Part shown: one piece after another, positions 43,215 through 55,054 of the stretch | Layout: every line of letters begins with the position of its first letter | Position numbering within the stretch: position 1 is the first letter of the stretch | Source of the DNA: an uncultured delta proteobacterium | GTDB lineage: Bacteria; Desulfobacterota; Binatia; UBA9968 | Length of the DNA stretch: 64,000 bases | Assembly: GCA_963745035.1 (NCBI GenBank) | Contig: CAVUVW010000011.1 | Coordinates: forward strand, 263,224 to 327,223 | Direction of reading: 5' to 3' | Position numbers and translations under genes: made by a program | The notes under the pieces: model-generated | Told to the model about the DNA's origin: nothing | Seen by the model: the letters and a program-made list of their open reading frames with translations, nothing else | Databases searched by the model: none

Positions 43215-44030
43215 ATGCAGCTAAAAGTCTATCACCGCGACAATCGGAAACGAGACGAGCGGCGCTGGCATCGGACGTTCGCGCGCGCGGGATACGTCGT
43301 CGGCCTCGTGTTGCTCGCGCTGGCGGTGTATCGAATCAGTGACCCGATCAGGATCGCGGCGTCCTCGTTGCGCGATTTCGTCCTGGAGAGCCCGTATTTT
43401 TCGGTGCGCGAGATTCAAGTGCGCGGCATCGACAAGGTGAGCGGCGACCAAGTCGTCGCCATGGCCGGCTTACGCCGCGGCATGAGCATCTGGAGCATCG
43501 ACCTGGAGGCGATCGAGAAGAAAATCAGCCGCCATCCTTGGGTGCGCCGGGTTGCTGTCCGGCGCGAATTTCCGCGCCGGGTGATCATCGACGTCGAGGA
43601 GCGCACGCCGAAAGCGATCGTCGCGCTGCGCAAACTCTACTATGTCGACGCGGACGGCATGGTCTTCAAAGAAGTCGGCCCGGGTGAAAACGTCAAATTC
43701 CCGCTGCTCACCGGACTGCGCGCCGAGCAGTTCGCGGCGCCGGACCCCACGACGCGCAAACGCATTCAAGACGCGCTTCGCCTCAGCGAAATGATGGTGC
43801 AGCGCTCGCATTCGCTGTCGGAAATTCATTTCGCCAAACCGGACCGACTGGTGGTGTACACGACGGCATATCCCATCGCGCTGCACATGGGCTGGGGAAA
43901 CTGGGAAGAGAAGCTCCTTCGAATGGAACGGCTGCTGGAGCTGTGGAAGGGCAACGAGGAACGCTTGGCGTCTTTGGACATGAGTTTTCGCGACCAAGTG
44001 GTCGCGCGCCTGCGCAAGGTAGAAAGATAA
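43215..44030 (+). CDS. ftsQ: Cell division protein FtsQ
   Basis: TM plus POTRA domain, PWVRRVAVRREFP, VEERTP. Confidence 0.9.
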   Translation: MQLKVYHRDNRKRDERRWHRTFARAGYVVGLVLLALAVYRISDPIRIAASSLRDFVLESPYFSVREIQVRGIDKVSGDQVVAMAGLRRGMSIWSIDLEAIEKKISRHPWVRRVAVRREFPRRVIIDVEERTPKAIVALRKLYYVDADGMVFKEVGPGENVKFPLLTGLRAEQFAAPDPTTRKRIQDALRLSEMMVQRSHSLSEIHFAKPDRLVVYTTAYPIALHMGWGNWEEKLLRMERLLELWKGNEERLASLDMSFRDQVVARLRKVER

Positions 44031-44059
44031 GCAGAGATCAAAGCGACAACAACGGAGCC

Positions 44060-45286
44060 ATGGGCAAGAAAAACAGCATCGTAGTCGGATTGGACATCGG
44101 CACGTCCAAGGTCTGTGCCGTGATCGGCGAGATGACCGAAAACGGCGTCGAAATCATCGGCGTCGGATTTCATCCCTCGCAAGGGCTGCGCAAGGGGGTG
44201 GTGATCAACATCGAAGGCACCGTAAACTCGGTCAAGAAAGCGATCGAAGAGGCGGGGCTGATGGCGGGATGCGAGATCCACAGCGTGTTCACGAGCATCT
44301 CCGGCGGGCACATCAGGGCCTTCAACAGCCACGGCATCGTGGCGGTGAAAAACAAGGAAGTGACGCAGCGCGATCTGGAGCGGGTGATCGACGCGGCACG
44401 AGCGGTGGCAATCCCGATGGACCGCGACGTGATCCACGTGCTGCCGCAGGACTACATCATCGACGATCAGGACGGCATTCGCGAGCCGCTCGGCATGTCC
44501 GGCGTGCGCCTCGAAGCCAAGGTTCATATCGTGACCGGCGCCGCGACCTCGGCGCAAAATATCGTCAAGTGCTGCAACCGCACCGGCCTCAACGTCGCCG
44601 AGATGGTGCTGGCGCCGCTGGCCGCGGCCGAAGCCGTGCTCACCGACGAAGAGCGCGAGCTCGGCGTGGTGCTGATCGACGTCGGCGGCGGCACCACCGA
44701 CATCGCTATCTATCACGACGGCACGGTCAAGCACACGGCGGTGGTCGGCCTCGGCGGCAATCACGTCACCAACGATATCGCCGCCGGGCTGCGCACGCCG
44801 TTCAACGACGCCGAGCGCATCAAGCAGCGCCACGGCTGCGCGCGCGCGTCGATGGTCAACGACGCCGAGCGGGTCGACGTGCCGAGCGTGGCGGGCAAAG
44901 GCCCGAGCAGCGTCTCGCGGCAGATTCTCTGCGAGATCATCGAGCCGCGGCTCGACGAGATCTTCGAGCTGGTGCGAAAGGAAGTCGCCAAGTCCGGCTT
45001 CGAAGGCGCTCTGACCTCGGGCATCGTGATCACCGGCGGCTCCATGCTCCTGCCGGGGGCGGTGGAAATGGCGGAGCGCTCTTTCGGTTTGCCCGTGCGG
45101 CTGGGGGTGCCGGCGCGCGTGCGCGGGCTCATCGATATCATCGGCAACCCGACCTACGCCACCGGCGTGGGGCTGGTCCTGCACGGCATGAAACGGCAGG
45201 AGCGCGGCGTCTACCGCGCGCGCGAGGACAAAATTCTTTCCAAGGTCAAGCATCGGATGTCGGATTGGCTCAGCGAGTTCTTTTAA
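44060..45286 (+). CDS. ftsA: Cell division protein FtsA
   Basis: GLDIGTSK, DVGGGTTD, ITGG, amphipathic WLSEFF tail. Confidence 0.96.
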   Translation: MGKKNSIVVGLDIGTSKVCAVIGEMTENGVEIIGVGFHPSQGLRKGVVINIEGTVNSVKKAIEEAGLMAGCEIHSVFTSISGGHIRAFNSHGIVAVKNKEVTQRDLERVIDAARAVAIPMDRDVIHVLPQDYIIDDQDGIREPLGMSGVRLEAKVHIVTGAATSAQNIVKCCNRTGLNVAEMVLAPLAAAEAVLTDEERELGVVLIDVGGGTTDIAIYHDGTVKHTAVVGLGGNHVTNDIAAGLRTPFNDAERIKQRHGCARASMVNDAERVDVPSVAGKGPSSVSRQILCEIIEPRLDEIFELVRKEVAKSGFEGALTSGIVITGGSMLLPGAVEMAERSFGLPVRLGVPARVRGLIDIIGNPTYATGVGLVLHGMKRQERGVYRAREDKILSKVKHRMSDWLSEFF

Positions 45287-45329
45287 TCGGAGACAGGTTT
45301 TATAAACTCTTTCTGGAGGAGGAAAGATT

Positions 45330-46562
45330 ATGTTTGAGATTGTGGAGCAAAACAGTTTGACCGCGCGCATCAAGGTCATCGGCATCGGCGGGGGCGGCGG
45401 CAACGCGGTCAACACGATGATCGGCGCCAAGCTCGGCGGGGTCGATTTCATGGTGGCAAACACCGACGCGCAATCGCTGGAAGCGAGCCAGGCGCCGGTG
45501 CGGATTCAACTCGGCGGCATGGTCACCAAGGGATTGGGCGCGGGAGCCAATCCGGAGATCGGCCGGCGCGCGGCGTTGGAAGACCAGGAGAAGATCAAAG
45601 AGTTTCTCGAAGGCTCGGACATGATCTTCATCACCGCGGGAATGGGCGGCGGCACCGGCACCGGCGGCGCGCCGGTGCTCGCGCGGGTGGCGCGCGAAGT
45701 CGGCGCCTTGACCGTGGGCGTGGTGACCAAGCCGTTTATCTTCGAAGGCAAGAAGCGCATGCGCCAGGCCGAAGAAGGCATCGAGGAACTCAAGGCCAGC
45801 GTCGATACTTTGATCGTGATTCCCAACCAGCGCCTGTTGAGCATCGCCGCCAAGACCACGACCATGCTCGAGGCGTTCCACAAGGCCGACGACGTGCTTT
45901 TGCAAGCAGTGCGCGGCATCTCGGACCTGATCATCACTCCGGGGCTGATCAATCTCGATTTTGCCGACGTGCGGACGGTCATGGCCGAGATGGGTCTGGC
46001 GCTGATGGGCGCTTCTTCGGCTTCGGGCGAGAATCGCGCCATCGAAGCGGCGCAGAAGGCGATCTCGAGCCCGCTGCTCGAAGACATCTCGATCCAAGGC
46101 GCGCGCGGCGTGTTGATCAACATCACCGGCGGCCCCGATCTGTGCCTGCATGAAGTGAACGAGGCGGCGTCGATGATTCAAGAAGAAGCGCACGACGACG
46201 CCAACATCATCTTCGGCGCGGTGATCGACGAGAGCCTGACCGACGAGATTCGCATCACGGTCATTGCCACCGGCTTCGGCGAAGCGCGGGAAGAGAAGAA
46301 GCCGGCGCCGGCGGCTTCGCGTTCGCCGCTGGCGGGCGTCGCCCACGTGGCGAACATCGCCGCGGCGCAGAAAAACAAGAAGGTGGTCCATCTGGGCACG
46401 ATCGTCGACGATCTCGACACGCCGACGTGGCAGCGCAAAAAAAGCGGCAGCGAAGAGGTCGAGACCGTGATGCTCAACAAGAACAACTTCGAGTTCAACA
46501 GCAATCAGGATGAAGACGACAAGTACGACATCCCGACGTTCTTGCGCCGCCAGATGGATTGA
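45330..46562 (+). CDS. ftsZ: Cell division protein FtsZ
   Basis: [29 protein letters not shown] tail. Confidence 0.98.
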   Translation: MFEIVEQNSLTARIKVIGIGGGGGNAVNTMIGAKLGGVDFMVANTDAQSLEASQAPVRIQLGGMVTKGLGAGANPEIGRRAALEDQEKIKEFLEGSDMIFITAGMGGGTGTGGAPVLARVAREVGALTVGVVTKPFIFEGKKRMRQAEEGIEELKASVDTLIVIPNQRLLSIAAKTTTMLEAFHKADDVLLQAVRGISDLIITPGLINLDFADVRTVMAEMGLALMGASSASGENRAIEAAQKAISSPLLEDISIQGARGVLINITGGPDLCLHEVNEAASMIQEEAHDDANIIFGAVIDESLTDEIRITVIATGFGEAREEKKPAPAASRSPLAGVAHVANIAAAQKNKKVVHLGTIVDDLDTPTWQRKKSGSEEVETVMLNKNNFEFNSNQDEDDKYDIPTFLRRQMD

Positions 46563-46605
46563 CTCGATTGAGCGCGTTTTCGAGCTGCCCACCTGAAACT
46601 AATTC

Positions 46606-46635
46606 GGGAGCCGGCGCCGATCGGCGCCGGCTCCC
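46606..46635. repeat. Perfect 30-bp palindrome downstream of ftsZ
   Basis: gggagccggcgccga|tcggcgccggctccc. Confidence 0.85.
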
Positions 46636-46748
46636 ACCTCGCTGAAACACCTGCGAGCTGCGTCACGGTTGGGAGTCCGTCGTATCGCGACTCAGGGTCA
46701 AACTTCGGACGAAACATCTGCTTTTCGAACCATCTTCATGAAAAAGCC

Positions 46749-46776
46749 AGATTCTTGCCTGCGGCTCAGAATGCCA
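46749..46776 (-). repeat. REP-like element (same family as 1101-1133)
   Basis: Reverse complement reads tggcattctgagccgcaggcaagaatct. Confidence 0.6.
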
Positions 46777-46820
46777 GCTGCCGAATCTCTCAAGGCGCGT
46801 AATTCTTGAGAAGGCGCGCG

Positions 46821-47912
46821 CTATTTCGATGTGCTTAGTCTATTTTCTTTGCGGGCTCTTTCGAGCGCCAAGCTGATCAGACGATCGATCAGGCGGGAAT
46901 AACTCAAGCCGCTCGCTTGCCACATCTTGGGGTACATGCTGATGGTCGTGAATCCGGGAATCGTGTTGATCTCGTTGACCAGCACCTGGCCGTTGGGCCG
47001 CACAAAGAAATCCACCCGTGCCATTCCTTCGCAGCACAGCGTCCGATAAGTTTTTACCGCAAGCCGTTGGATCGTCTTGACGATCCGCGCCGGCAGTTTG
47101 GCGGGAATCTCCAGACGCGCGCCCTGATCGTCGAGATATTTTGCATCGTAAGAATAGAATTCGTGCCGGACGACGATCTCGCCCGGCAGCGACGCCACCG
47201 GCTTCTCGTTGCCGAGCACTGAGCATTCGATTTCCCGGCCGGCGATGCCTTCCTCGATAATGATCTTGTTGTCGTAGCGAAAAGCTTTTCTCACGGCGGC
47301 GGCGAATTCACTTTTGCGCTGGACCTTGCTGATGCCGACCGAGGAGCCCAGGTTCGCCGGTTTGACGAACAGCGGCAGGCCGAGGGCTTTGCTGACTTGA
47401 CCGAAGCGGATTGCGCCCTGGTCGACGCGCTGAAATACGAGGAATTTCGCAATGGGAATCCTGGCGTCGCGCAGCAGCCGTTTCATGACGTCTTTGTCCA
47501 TGCCCACGGCGGAGCCCAGGACGCCGGCGCCGACAAACGGGATATCGGCAAGCTTCAGCAAACCTTGAATCGTGCCGTCTTCGCCGAACGGGCCATGCAG
47601 CACGGGAAAGACGACATCGATCGCGCCCAGCCCCGCGCCGCGGCCCCGCACCAGCGGCGATGCGCTGGCGCCGGGCTGAACCGCCGCGATGTCTTTCGCG
47701 CCCGTGAAGTCGACTGCCGGCGGCGCGTCGGCGCGCAGCAGGCCGGCCTGTCTATCGAGGCGCCAGCGTCCTTGCTTGTCGATGGCCACCGCGAGCACGT
47801 CATACTTCTTCCGGTCCATGGCGCGATAAATATTTCGCGCCGAGATCAGAGAGATTTCATGCTCGGCGGATTTGCCGCCGAAGAGCAGGGCGACGCGCAG
47901 TTTTTTTCTCAT
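46821..47912 (-). CDS. ddl: D-alanine--D-alanine ligase (DdlA-like)
   Basis: GGKSAEHEIS, LHGPFGEDG, KPANLGSSVG, FYSYDAKY, NEINTIPG. Confidence 0.95.
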   Translation of the reverse strand: MRKKLRVALLFGGKSAEHEISLISARNIYRAMDRKKYDVLAVAIDKQGRWRLDRQAGLLRADAPPAVDFTGAKDIAAVQPGASASPLVRGRGAGLGAIDVVFPVLHGPFGEDGTIQGLLKLADIPFVGAGVLGSAVGMDKDVMKRLLRDARIPIAKFLVFQRVDQGAIRFGQVSKALGLPLFVKPANLGSSVGISKVQRKSEFAAAVRKAFRYDNKIIIEEGIAGREIECSVLGNEKPVASLPGEIVVRHEFYSYDAKYLDDQGARLEIPAKLPARIVKTIQRLAVKTYRTLCCEGMARVDFFVRPNGQVLVNEINTIPGFTTISMYPKMWQASGLSYSRLIDRLISLALERARKENRLSTSK

Positions 47913-47934
47913 GACCGGTTTTTGAAACTCGACC

Positions 47935-47996
47935 GGGGATGGAAGATGGAAAATCGAGGACGGCGAATCATTTTCGATCCTCCATCCTCGATCTCG
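47935..47996. repeat. Inverted pair of 7-mer tandem arrays
   Basis: gatggaa gatggaa aatcgag gacggcg ... ttttcga tcctcca tcctcga tctcga. Confidence 0.75.
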
Positions 47997-48012
47997 ATGG
48001 GTTGGCGCCGGC

Positions 48013-49206
48013 TTACGACTTCTTGGCGACGGCGGCCGGCGCTTGCTGCTCGATGACTTTGACGACTTTGCCCGGATAAGCCGGTTTTTCGAACTGCAGG
48101 ACGAAGTATTTGGCTTTTACCGGATCGCCCTTGTTGTCGAATTCCACCGATCCGGTGATGCCTTTGAAATTTTTGAGCTTGCGCACCGCGGCGCTGACAT
48201 CGGCGCGGCTCGGCTTCTTGCCGCCGTTGGCTTTGATCCACTGTTCCGTGGCGCGGATGCCGACCAGGGCCGCGTCATAGCCGTACATGCCGAACGACTC
48301 GACGTCCTTGCCGAAGCGCTGCTTGAACTTCGTCGCGAACGCCGCGGCCTCCGGATACGCGGCCGGCGGACCGGCGACACTGGTATAGTAGCTGCCCGTC
48401 GCCGCCGAGCCGGCGATCTTCACCATCTCCGCGGAGTCCAAACCGTCCGGTCCCATGAATTTGGCGTTGACGCCTTTTTCGCGCAGCTGTTTTAATAAGA
48501 GTCCGCCTTGATGATAGATGCCGCCGAAATAAACCAGGCCCGGATTTTTGGCTTTCAGCGGAATGATCATCGGAGAAAAATTGGCGCGCTCTTCGGTGCC
48601 TTCAAAGCCGAGGACGTTGAGGCCGAGCTTCTTGGCCTCGATGCGAAAATTCTCCGCGACACCCTGGCCGTAAAGCGTCTTGTCGTGAATGATGTAGACC
48701 GACTTGAGTTTGAGATCCTGGGCCGTGAAGCGCGCCCCGACCGGCCCCTGAACGTCGTCCCTGCCGCAAACCCGGTTCACGTTCGGATAGCCGCGATCGG
48801 TGATCTCGGTCGCCGTGTTCGCCGGCGAAATCATCGCCAGCATGGCGTCTTTGTAGACTTCGGATGAGGGCAGGGCAACGCCGGAATTGAAATGACCGAC
48901 CATGACGAGCACGTTCGCATCGGCGACGATGTTGCGCGCGTTGGCCACGCCGACTTCGGGTTTCGCCTGGTCGTCGTAAGGGACCAGCACCAAGTCATAG
49001 CCGAGCGCCTTGAACCCCTTGGCGGCTTCTTCGACCGCTAGCTGCGCGCCTAGTTTAATATGTTCGCCGATGGCGGCCTGCTCTCCGGACAGCGGCGCTT
49101 GGACGGCGATCTTGATCGTGCCTTTTTGCGCCCGCGCCAGGGCGGGAAGACCCAGACAGGCGAGCGCGAGTGAGATGACCAACAACCGGCGTAGAATATT
49201 TGGCAC
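48013..49206 (-). CDS. livK: Branched-chain amino acid ABC substrate-binding protein
   Basis: Signal peptide, APLSG, GHFNSG, RVCGRDDVQG, YGQG, FDNKGD. Confidence 0.85.
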   Translation of the reverse strand: MPNILRRLLVISLALACLGLPALARAQKGTIKIAVQAPLSGEQAAIGEHIKLGAQLAVEEAAKGFKALGYDLVLVPYDDQAKPEVGVANARNIVADANVLVMVGHFNSGVALPSSEVYKDAMLAMISPANTATEITDRGYPNVNRVCGRDDVQGPVGARFTAQDLKLKSVYIIHDKTLYGQGVAENFRIEAKKLGLNVLGFEGTEERANFSPMIIPLKAKNPGLVYFGGIYHQGGLLLKQLREKGVNAKFMGPDGLDSAEMVKIAGSAATGSYYTSVAGPPAAYPEAAAFATKFKQRFGKDVESFGMYGYDAALVGIRATEQWIKANGGKKPSRADVSAAVRKLKNFKGITGSVEFDNKGDPVKAKYFVLQFEKPAYPGKVVKVIEQQAPAAVAKKS

Positions 49207-49454
49207 TGCGGAGTTTTCCTTTCGAAAAATGATGCCCATGCTAGCAAATCCCCTGGAGCAACGCCACCGTAAAGCGCGCTCCAACAGCGTTTGCGGTGAC
49301 GCGCGTGGCAATGCCGGTGCGGCACTCAACGAATCCCGTCACCGACGGGCGCCAACAGGCACAATGTTGCTGACGAAAGCGTGAGCTAAATTCATTGACG
49401 TGCGTGGCGCATCTAGGCGCCGCTACTGCGCCAGCCGGTTTTATCGGCAAAGAT

Positions 49455-50485
49455 CTAACTCGCAACTTCTTCGGGCACCACGGCAACTCGATCTTTTGCG
49501 AACGCCGCAGCAGCGCGAGACGACAGGGCGCGCCGATGCGCGAGTCGGTCAGGAGTTTGTGCAGGTCGTCGACGCTGCGCACGGGCGCAACGTCGAGACC
49601 GACGATCACGTCGCCCTCCACGATGCCGGCGCGCTCCGCCGGGCTCTGTTTCTCGACGCCGATGACGAGTACGCCGGCTTCCGCCGCCAGTTTGTGCGCG
49701 CGCACGAGGAAGCGCGGAATGGCGACGTTTTGCCCACCGACGCCGAGAAAGGCGCGGCGAATGCGGCCGTGCATGATTAGCTGGCCGGCGATGAACTTTG
49801 CGGTATTGATTGCCACGGCGAAGCAAAGTCCTTGAGCGGGCAGAATGACGGCGGTATTCACGCCGATCACCTCGCCGAGCGAATTGACCAGCGGCCCGCC
49901 CGAATTGCCCGGATTGAGCGCGGCATCGGTCTGCAGCACGTTGTCGATCAGCCGGCCTGATTCGGAGCGGAGCGAGCGGCCGAGGGCGCTGATGACGCCG
50001 GCGGTGACGCTGTACTGAAAACCGTACGGATTACCGATGGCGATGGCGAGCTGCCCGGGGCGGAGTTTCTCCGAGTCGCCGAGCGGCGCGGCCAGTAATC
50101 GCCCCGCGGAAATACGCAGGACCGCCAGATCGGCGCTCGGATCGTCGCCGACGATGGTCGCGTCAAAGCTCCGTCCATCGCTCAACGTGACGGTCACCTT
50201 GCCGGCGCCGTGCACCACGTGGCTGTTGGTCAGGATGAAACCGTCCGGGGTAAAGACAAAGCCCGAGCCGCTGCCGCGGGCTTGGCGGCCGGCGCGCGGC
50301 TCGGACTGGGCTTTTCGGACTTCGATGAACACCACCGAAGGGCTGATCTTTTCGGCGGCGCGCACGACGGCTTGCGAATAGGCATCGAGCAAGACGTCGT
50401 CACGGTCGGCGACTTTCGCAGCGGAATAATCGCGGTTTTCGCCGGCCTCGATGTTTTCAACTTTTCGCAGCGCTGAGTTTTTCAT
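49455..50485 (-). CDS. HtrA/DegP-like serine protease with PDZ domain (C-terminal frameshift)
   Basis: TNSHVV, DLAVL, QTDAALNPGNSGGPL; PDZ domain; true end VVPEEVAS at 49455. Confidence 0.9.
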
Positions 50486-50697
50486 CGGGTGTACCTCGCG
50501 TGGATCGTAGAAATGTAATCATCCTTGCCGCCGCTGTGAAGTGGCTGCCCGCGAGTGCTATGATAGCGCTTTCAACGGCGTTTCCTTGAATGGTTTGCGG
50601 TCTCGGAAGAAACCGATCGAGGCTGCGCCAAGTATCTGATCGCAAGGGGTTGAAGCGAGCGCCGCGGTTTGGCGTGGACAGCTCCGGAGGCTCGATC

Positions 50698-51087
50698 ATG
50701 ATTATCAGCACCGGCGTCGATCTGGCCGAGGTGGATCGGATCCAGGCGGCCCTAAAAGACCCGCGCATCGGCAAGCGCTTCCGCGAGCGGGTCTACACGG
50801 AAAAAGAGATCGCCTATTGTGAGAAGAAACGGCGCGGCAAGTACGAAAGCTATGCCGGCCGTTTTGCCGCCAAGGAAGCGGTCATGAAGGCGCTCGGCCG
50901 CGGCTGGGGCGCCAAGGTGCGCTGGCTCGACATCGAAGTTGCGCGCGCGCGCAGCGGCAAACCGGAAATCGTCTTGCACGACAAGACGGCAAGGCTCGCC
51001 AATGAGCTCGGCATCCGCCGCTGGGCGCTCTCGATCACCCACACCAAAGGACACGGGCTGGCATTTGTGGTGGCCGAGGATGGGTGA
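50698..51087 (+). CDS. acpS: Holo-ACP synthase
   Basis: GVDLAEVDRI, AGRFAAKEAVMKALG, LSITH. Confidence 0.93.
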   Translation: MIISTGVDLAEVDRIQAALKDPRIGKRFRERVYTEKEIAYCEKKRRGKYESYAGRFAAKEAVMKALGRGWGAKVRWLDIEVARARSGKPEIVLHDKTARLANELGIRRWALSITHTKGHGLAFVVAEDG

Positions 51088-51116
51088 GATCGCAACCAAA
51101 TCGGAAACAGATACTC

Positions 51117-51218
51117 ACCACGACGGCACGAAGGATACGAAGGGTTCGATGTAGGGGCCGGTTTGAAACCCGCCCCAAGAAATGCCTGGAACCTTCGTGC
51201 TCTTCGCGCCTCCGTGGT
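51117..51218. repeat. 9-mer inverted-repeat hairpin with nested GTAG-type REP
   Basis: accacgacggcacgaaggatacgaagg / ccttcgtgctcttcgcgcctccgtggt flanking gtaggggccggtttgaaacccgcccc (51151-51176). Confidence 0.75.
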
Positions 51219-51247
51219 TAATTGTTTTCTGGTTGGCGTATCGACAT

Positions 51248-51502
51248 TCAGCTCGGCGTCGAGTTTTTTATCTGGTTTTTTGCCGGCAGCAAAAACAAAA
51301 TTCCCAAGGCCCAAATCCCGGCGAGCGCGCCGGCGATCGTCCAGGCGGTCTTGCTCCGGCCGCTAGAGTTGGCAATGACGCAGCACAGAATCGCGTCGAG
51401 CAAGTGCACCAACGCGGCGGTGCGCAAAAGCGAGGTCGGGTCCATTTCAGACTTGATGAAAAGGAGACCGGAAAAGTATCCGAGGAACTGGTAGAAATCC
51501 AC
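51248..51502 (-). CDS. Small hypothetical membrane protein
   Basis: 84 aa from GTG, two hydrophobic segments around 'ANSSGRSKTAW'. Confidence 0.55.
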   Translation of the reverse strand: MDFYQFLGYFSGLLFIKSEMDPTSLLRTAALVHLLDAILCCVIANSSGRSKTAWTIAGALAGIWALGILFLLPAKNQIKNSTPS

Positions 51503-51566
51503 GAGCTGGCCTTGACGCTTCCTTTGGCCAACTAATATACTCGGTCTCCGCTCGATTAGAAATATT

Positions 51567-52584
<1,018 letters not shown>

Positions 52585-52598
<14 letters not shown>

Positions 52599-53928
52599 AA
52601 AAAATTACGAGCTGGAAGCCTATTTCCACAACGCGGGCAAACCGCGGGAGCAGTGGCGCGTCGGCACGGAATACGAAAAAGTCGGCATCGACCGGTCGAC
52701 CGGCAAGGCGATCCCTTACTTCGGTCCGCGCGGCGTCGATCGCATCCTGCGCGAGCTGATCGAGCGCTACGGCTGGCAGCCCGAGGAGCAGGACGGCAAC
52801 ATCATCGCGCTTAGCCGCGATAAAGCTCAGATCACGCTGGAACCGGGCGGGCAGATCGAGCTGAGCGGCGAGCCCTGTGAGAGCATTCACTGCACCTACG
52901 GCGAGTTCACTCAGCATATCCGCGAGCTGCTCGAGGTGGCTGAGCCGCTCGACATCGTGTTTCTCGGCCTCGGCATGCAGCCGGTGAGCCGGATCGAGGA
53001 GATCCAGTGGGTACCGAAAAAGCGCTACCGTATCATGGGTCCTTACATGCCCAAGGTCGGCGCCCTCGGCCAGCGCATGATGAAGCAGACGGCGACGGTG
53101 CAGGCCAACATCGATTTTCTCGACGAGAAAGACGCGATGGCCAAGTTCCGCACCGGCATGGGGTTGGCGCCGCTGCTGATCGCGATGTTCGCCAACTCGC
53201 CGATCTGCGAAGGTCAATTGAACGGCTATCGGAGCTTCCGCGAGCATATCTGGACCGACACGGACCGGAGCCGGTCCGGATTGCTCAAGTTTGCCTTCTC
53301 GCCCGACGCGTCGTTCGCCCACTACGTCGAGTACGCCTTGGACGTGCCGATGTACTTCATCATCCGCCATCATGATTATATCGACATGACCCACATGACC
53401 TTCCGCCAGTTCTTGGCCAACGGACATGAGGGCGAGCGGGCGACTCTGGAAGACTGGTCCGATCATCTGACCACTTTGTTTCCCGAGACGCGCATCAAGC
53501 GCTACATCGAAATTCGCTCGGTGGACAGCCAGCCGCCGGAGTTGATGCCGGCGCTGTCGGCGTTGACCAAAGGAGTTTTTTACGACTCCGACTGTCTGAC
53601 CGCCGCCTGGGACCTGGTAAAGGGCTGGACTTGGGACGAGCGGATGGAAACCTATCTCGATTCCCACAAGAACGCGCTGTCGGCGCGCTTTCGCCGTTAC
53701 TCCCTTCTCGATTTGGCCAAGGAGCTTTTTCAGATCGGCTGGGAGGGTTTGCGGCGCCAGCAATCGCTCAACAAAAACGGCGACGATGAGACGATTTATT
53801 TAAACCCGCTCAAGCCGCTGCTGTTCCAGGGCAAGTGTCCGGCCGATATTCTCGTCGAGAAATGGGAAGGTGAGCTGCATCAGGACATCAAGCGGCTGAT
53901 CGCCTACAGCGCTTACAAGCTGCCGTGA
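52585..53928 (+). CDS. gshA: Glutamate--cysteine ligase (GCS2 family)
   Basis: VGTEYEK, TLEPGGQIELSG, FANSP, HLTTLFPE, YIEIRS. Confidence 0.88.
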
Positions 53929-54989
53929 ATTTCGTCGATGAGCCTGCGGTGGTCGAGCTGCTCCAGCCGATTCTCCAGCTCGTCTTCTTCTGCGCCGCTA
54001 AATTCTTTCAGATAGCGTTCTTTGAGTGCGCCGATGCGCCGACAGCTCGCTTCGACTTGCGCCCGCAGCGGCGCTTCGCGCTCGGCCTCGGCGCACAGCG
54101 CCTCCGCGGCCTCCACCGCCTTCGCCAAATCGTGGCAAAACAACATCACATCGACGCCGGCGCGAAGCGCCAGAGCGGCGGCTTGGCCCGGCTTGGCGTG
54201 ATCGCTCACGGCTTTCATCTCCATATCGTCGCTGAAGACCACGCCGCCGTAGCCGAGCTGGTGGCGCAACAGTCCGGTGACGACCGGCTCGGAGAGCGTC
54301 GCCACTTGGTTCGGATCAAGCGCCGTAAATTTCACGTGGGCGGTCATCAGCGCTTCGATGCCGTCCCGGCATGCCGCAACGAAGGGCGGTAACTCCACCG
54401 CTTCGAGCGCCGCAAGCGATTTTCCGACCACAGGCAGCGCCAGGTGCGAGTCTTCATCGGTATCGCCATGACCGGGGAAATGTTTGCCGCAGGGAATCAC
54501 ACCGCCCTGTCGCAAGCCGCGGCTCCAGGCCAAGGCCATCGCGATGACCGCCTGCGGATCGGCGCCGAATGCGCGCGCGCCGATGACCGGATTGCTCGGA
54601 TGCGAATTTACGTCGAGCACCGGCGCGAAATTGAGATTGATCCCGGCTAGCGCCAGCTCTGCGGCGGTTGCCCGGCCGGTGCGATAGGCGAGATCAGGAT
54701 CGCCGCGCACGCCGATCAGCGCAGCGGCGGGGAAGTGGCTGAACGACGGCGGCAGGCGGTGAACGTTCCCGCCTTCCTCGTCGATGGCGATAAACGGCGG
54801 CCGATCCGCGCCGTCCCAAAGATCGCGGCATAAAGAGAGGATCTGCCGCGGCGCGCAGCAGTTGCGGCGAAAAAGAATGAAGCCGCCGAATTGGTAGTCC
54901 GCAAAAACCAGTCGTTCTTCGCGGCTAATGCTCTCGCCCCGGCAGCCGACCATAATCATCTGGCCGATCTTTTCGCGCAGCGTTTGCAT
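53913..54989 (-). CDS. nagZ: Beta-N-acetylhexosaminidase (GH3)
   Basis: DEEGG, KHFPGHG, DSH, SDDMEM. Confidence 0.92.
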   Translation of the reverse strand: MQTLREKIGQMIMVGCRGESISREERLVFADYQFGGFILFRRNCCAPRQILSLCRDLWDGADRPPFIAIDEEGGNVHRLPPSFSHFPAAALIGVRGDPDLAYRTGRATAAELALAGINLNFAPVLDVNSHPSNPVIGARAFGADPQAVIAMALAWSRGLRQGGVIPCGKHFPGHGDTDEDSHLALPVVGKSLAALEAVELPPFVAACRDGIEALMTAHVKFTALDPNQVATLSEPVVTGLLRHQLGYGGVVFSDDMEMKAVSDHAKPGQAAALALRAGVDVMLFCHDLAKAVEAAEALCAEAEREAPLRAQVEASCRRIGALKERYLKEFSGAEEDELENRLEQLDHRRLIDEIHGSL

Positions 54990-55054
54990 TCTTCCGCGAC
55001 TATATCACAACCTGGACAAGTTTCCGGTCAGCGTGTAGATTCGCCTCAATCCGG

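Noticed and set aside
31074-46592. Long antisense and alternative-frame ORFs over dcw genes (e.g. 38543-40414, 43826-45463)
   Set aside because: Expected shadows of high-GC codon usage; no recognisable motifs
46670-46720. Hammerhead-like gagtccg...cggacgaaac
   Set aside because: The required CUGANGA core is absent upstream of the stem
46821-47912. VanA-like D-Ala-D-Lac ligase
   Set aside because: The omega loop FYSYDAKY retains the Tyr of D-Ala-D-Ala ligases, and there is no vanH/vanX nearby
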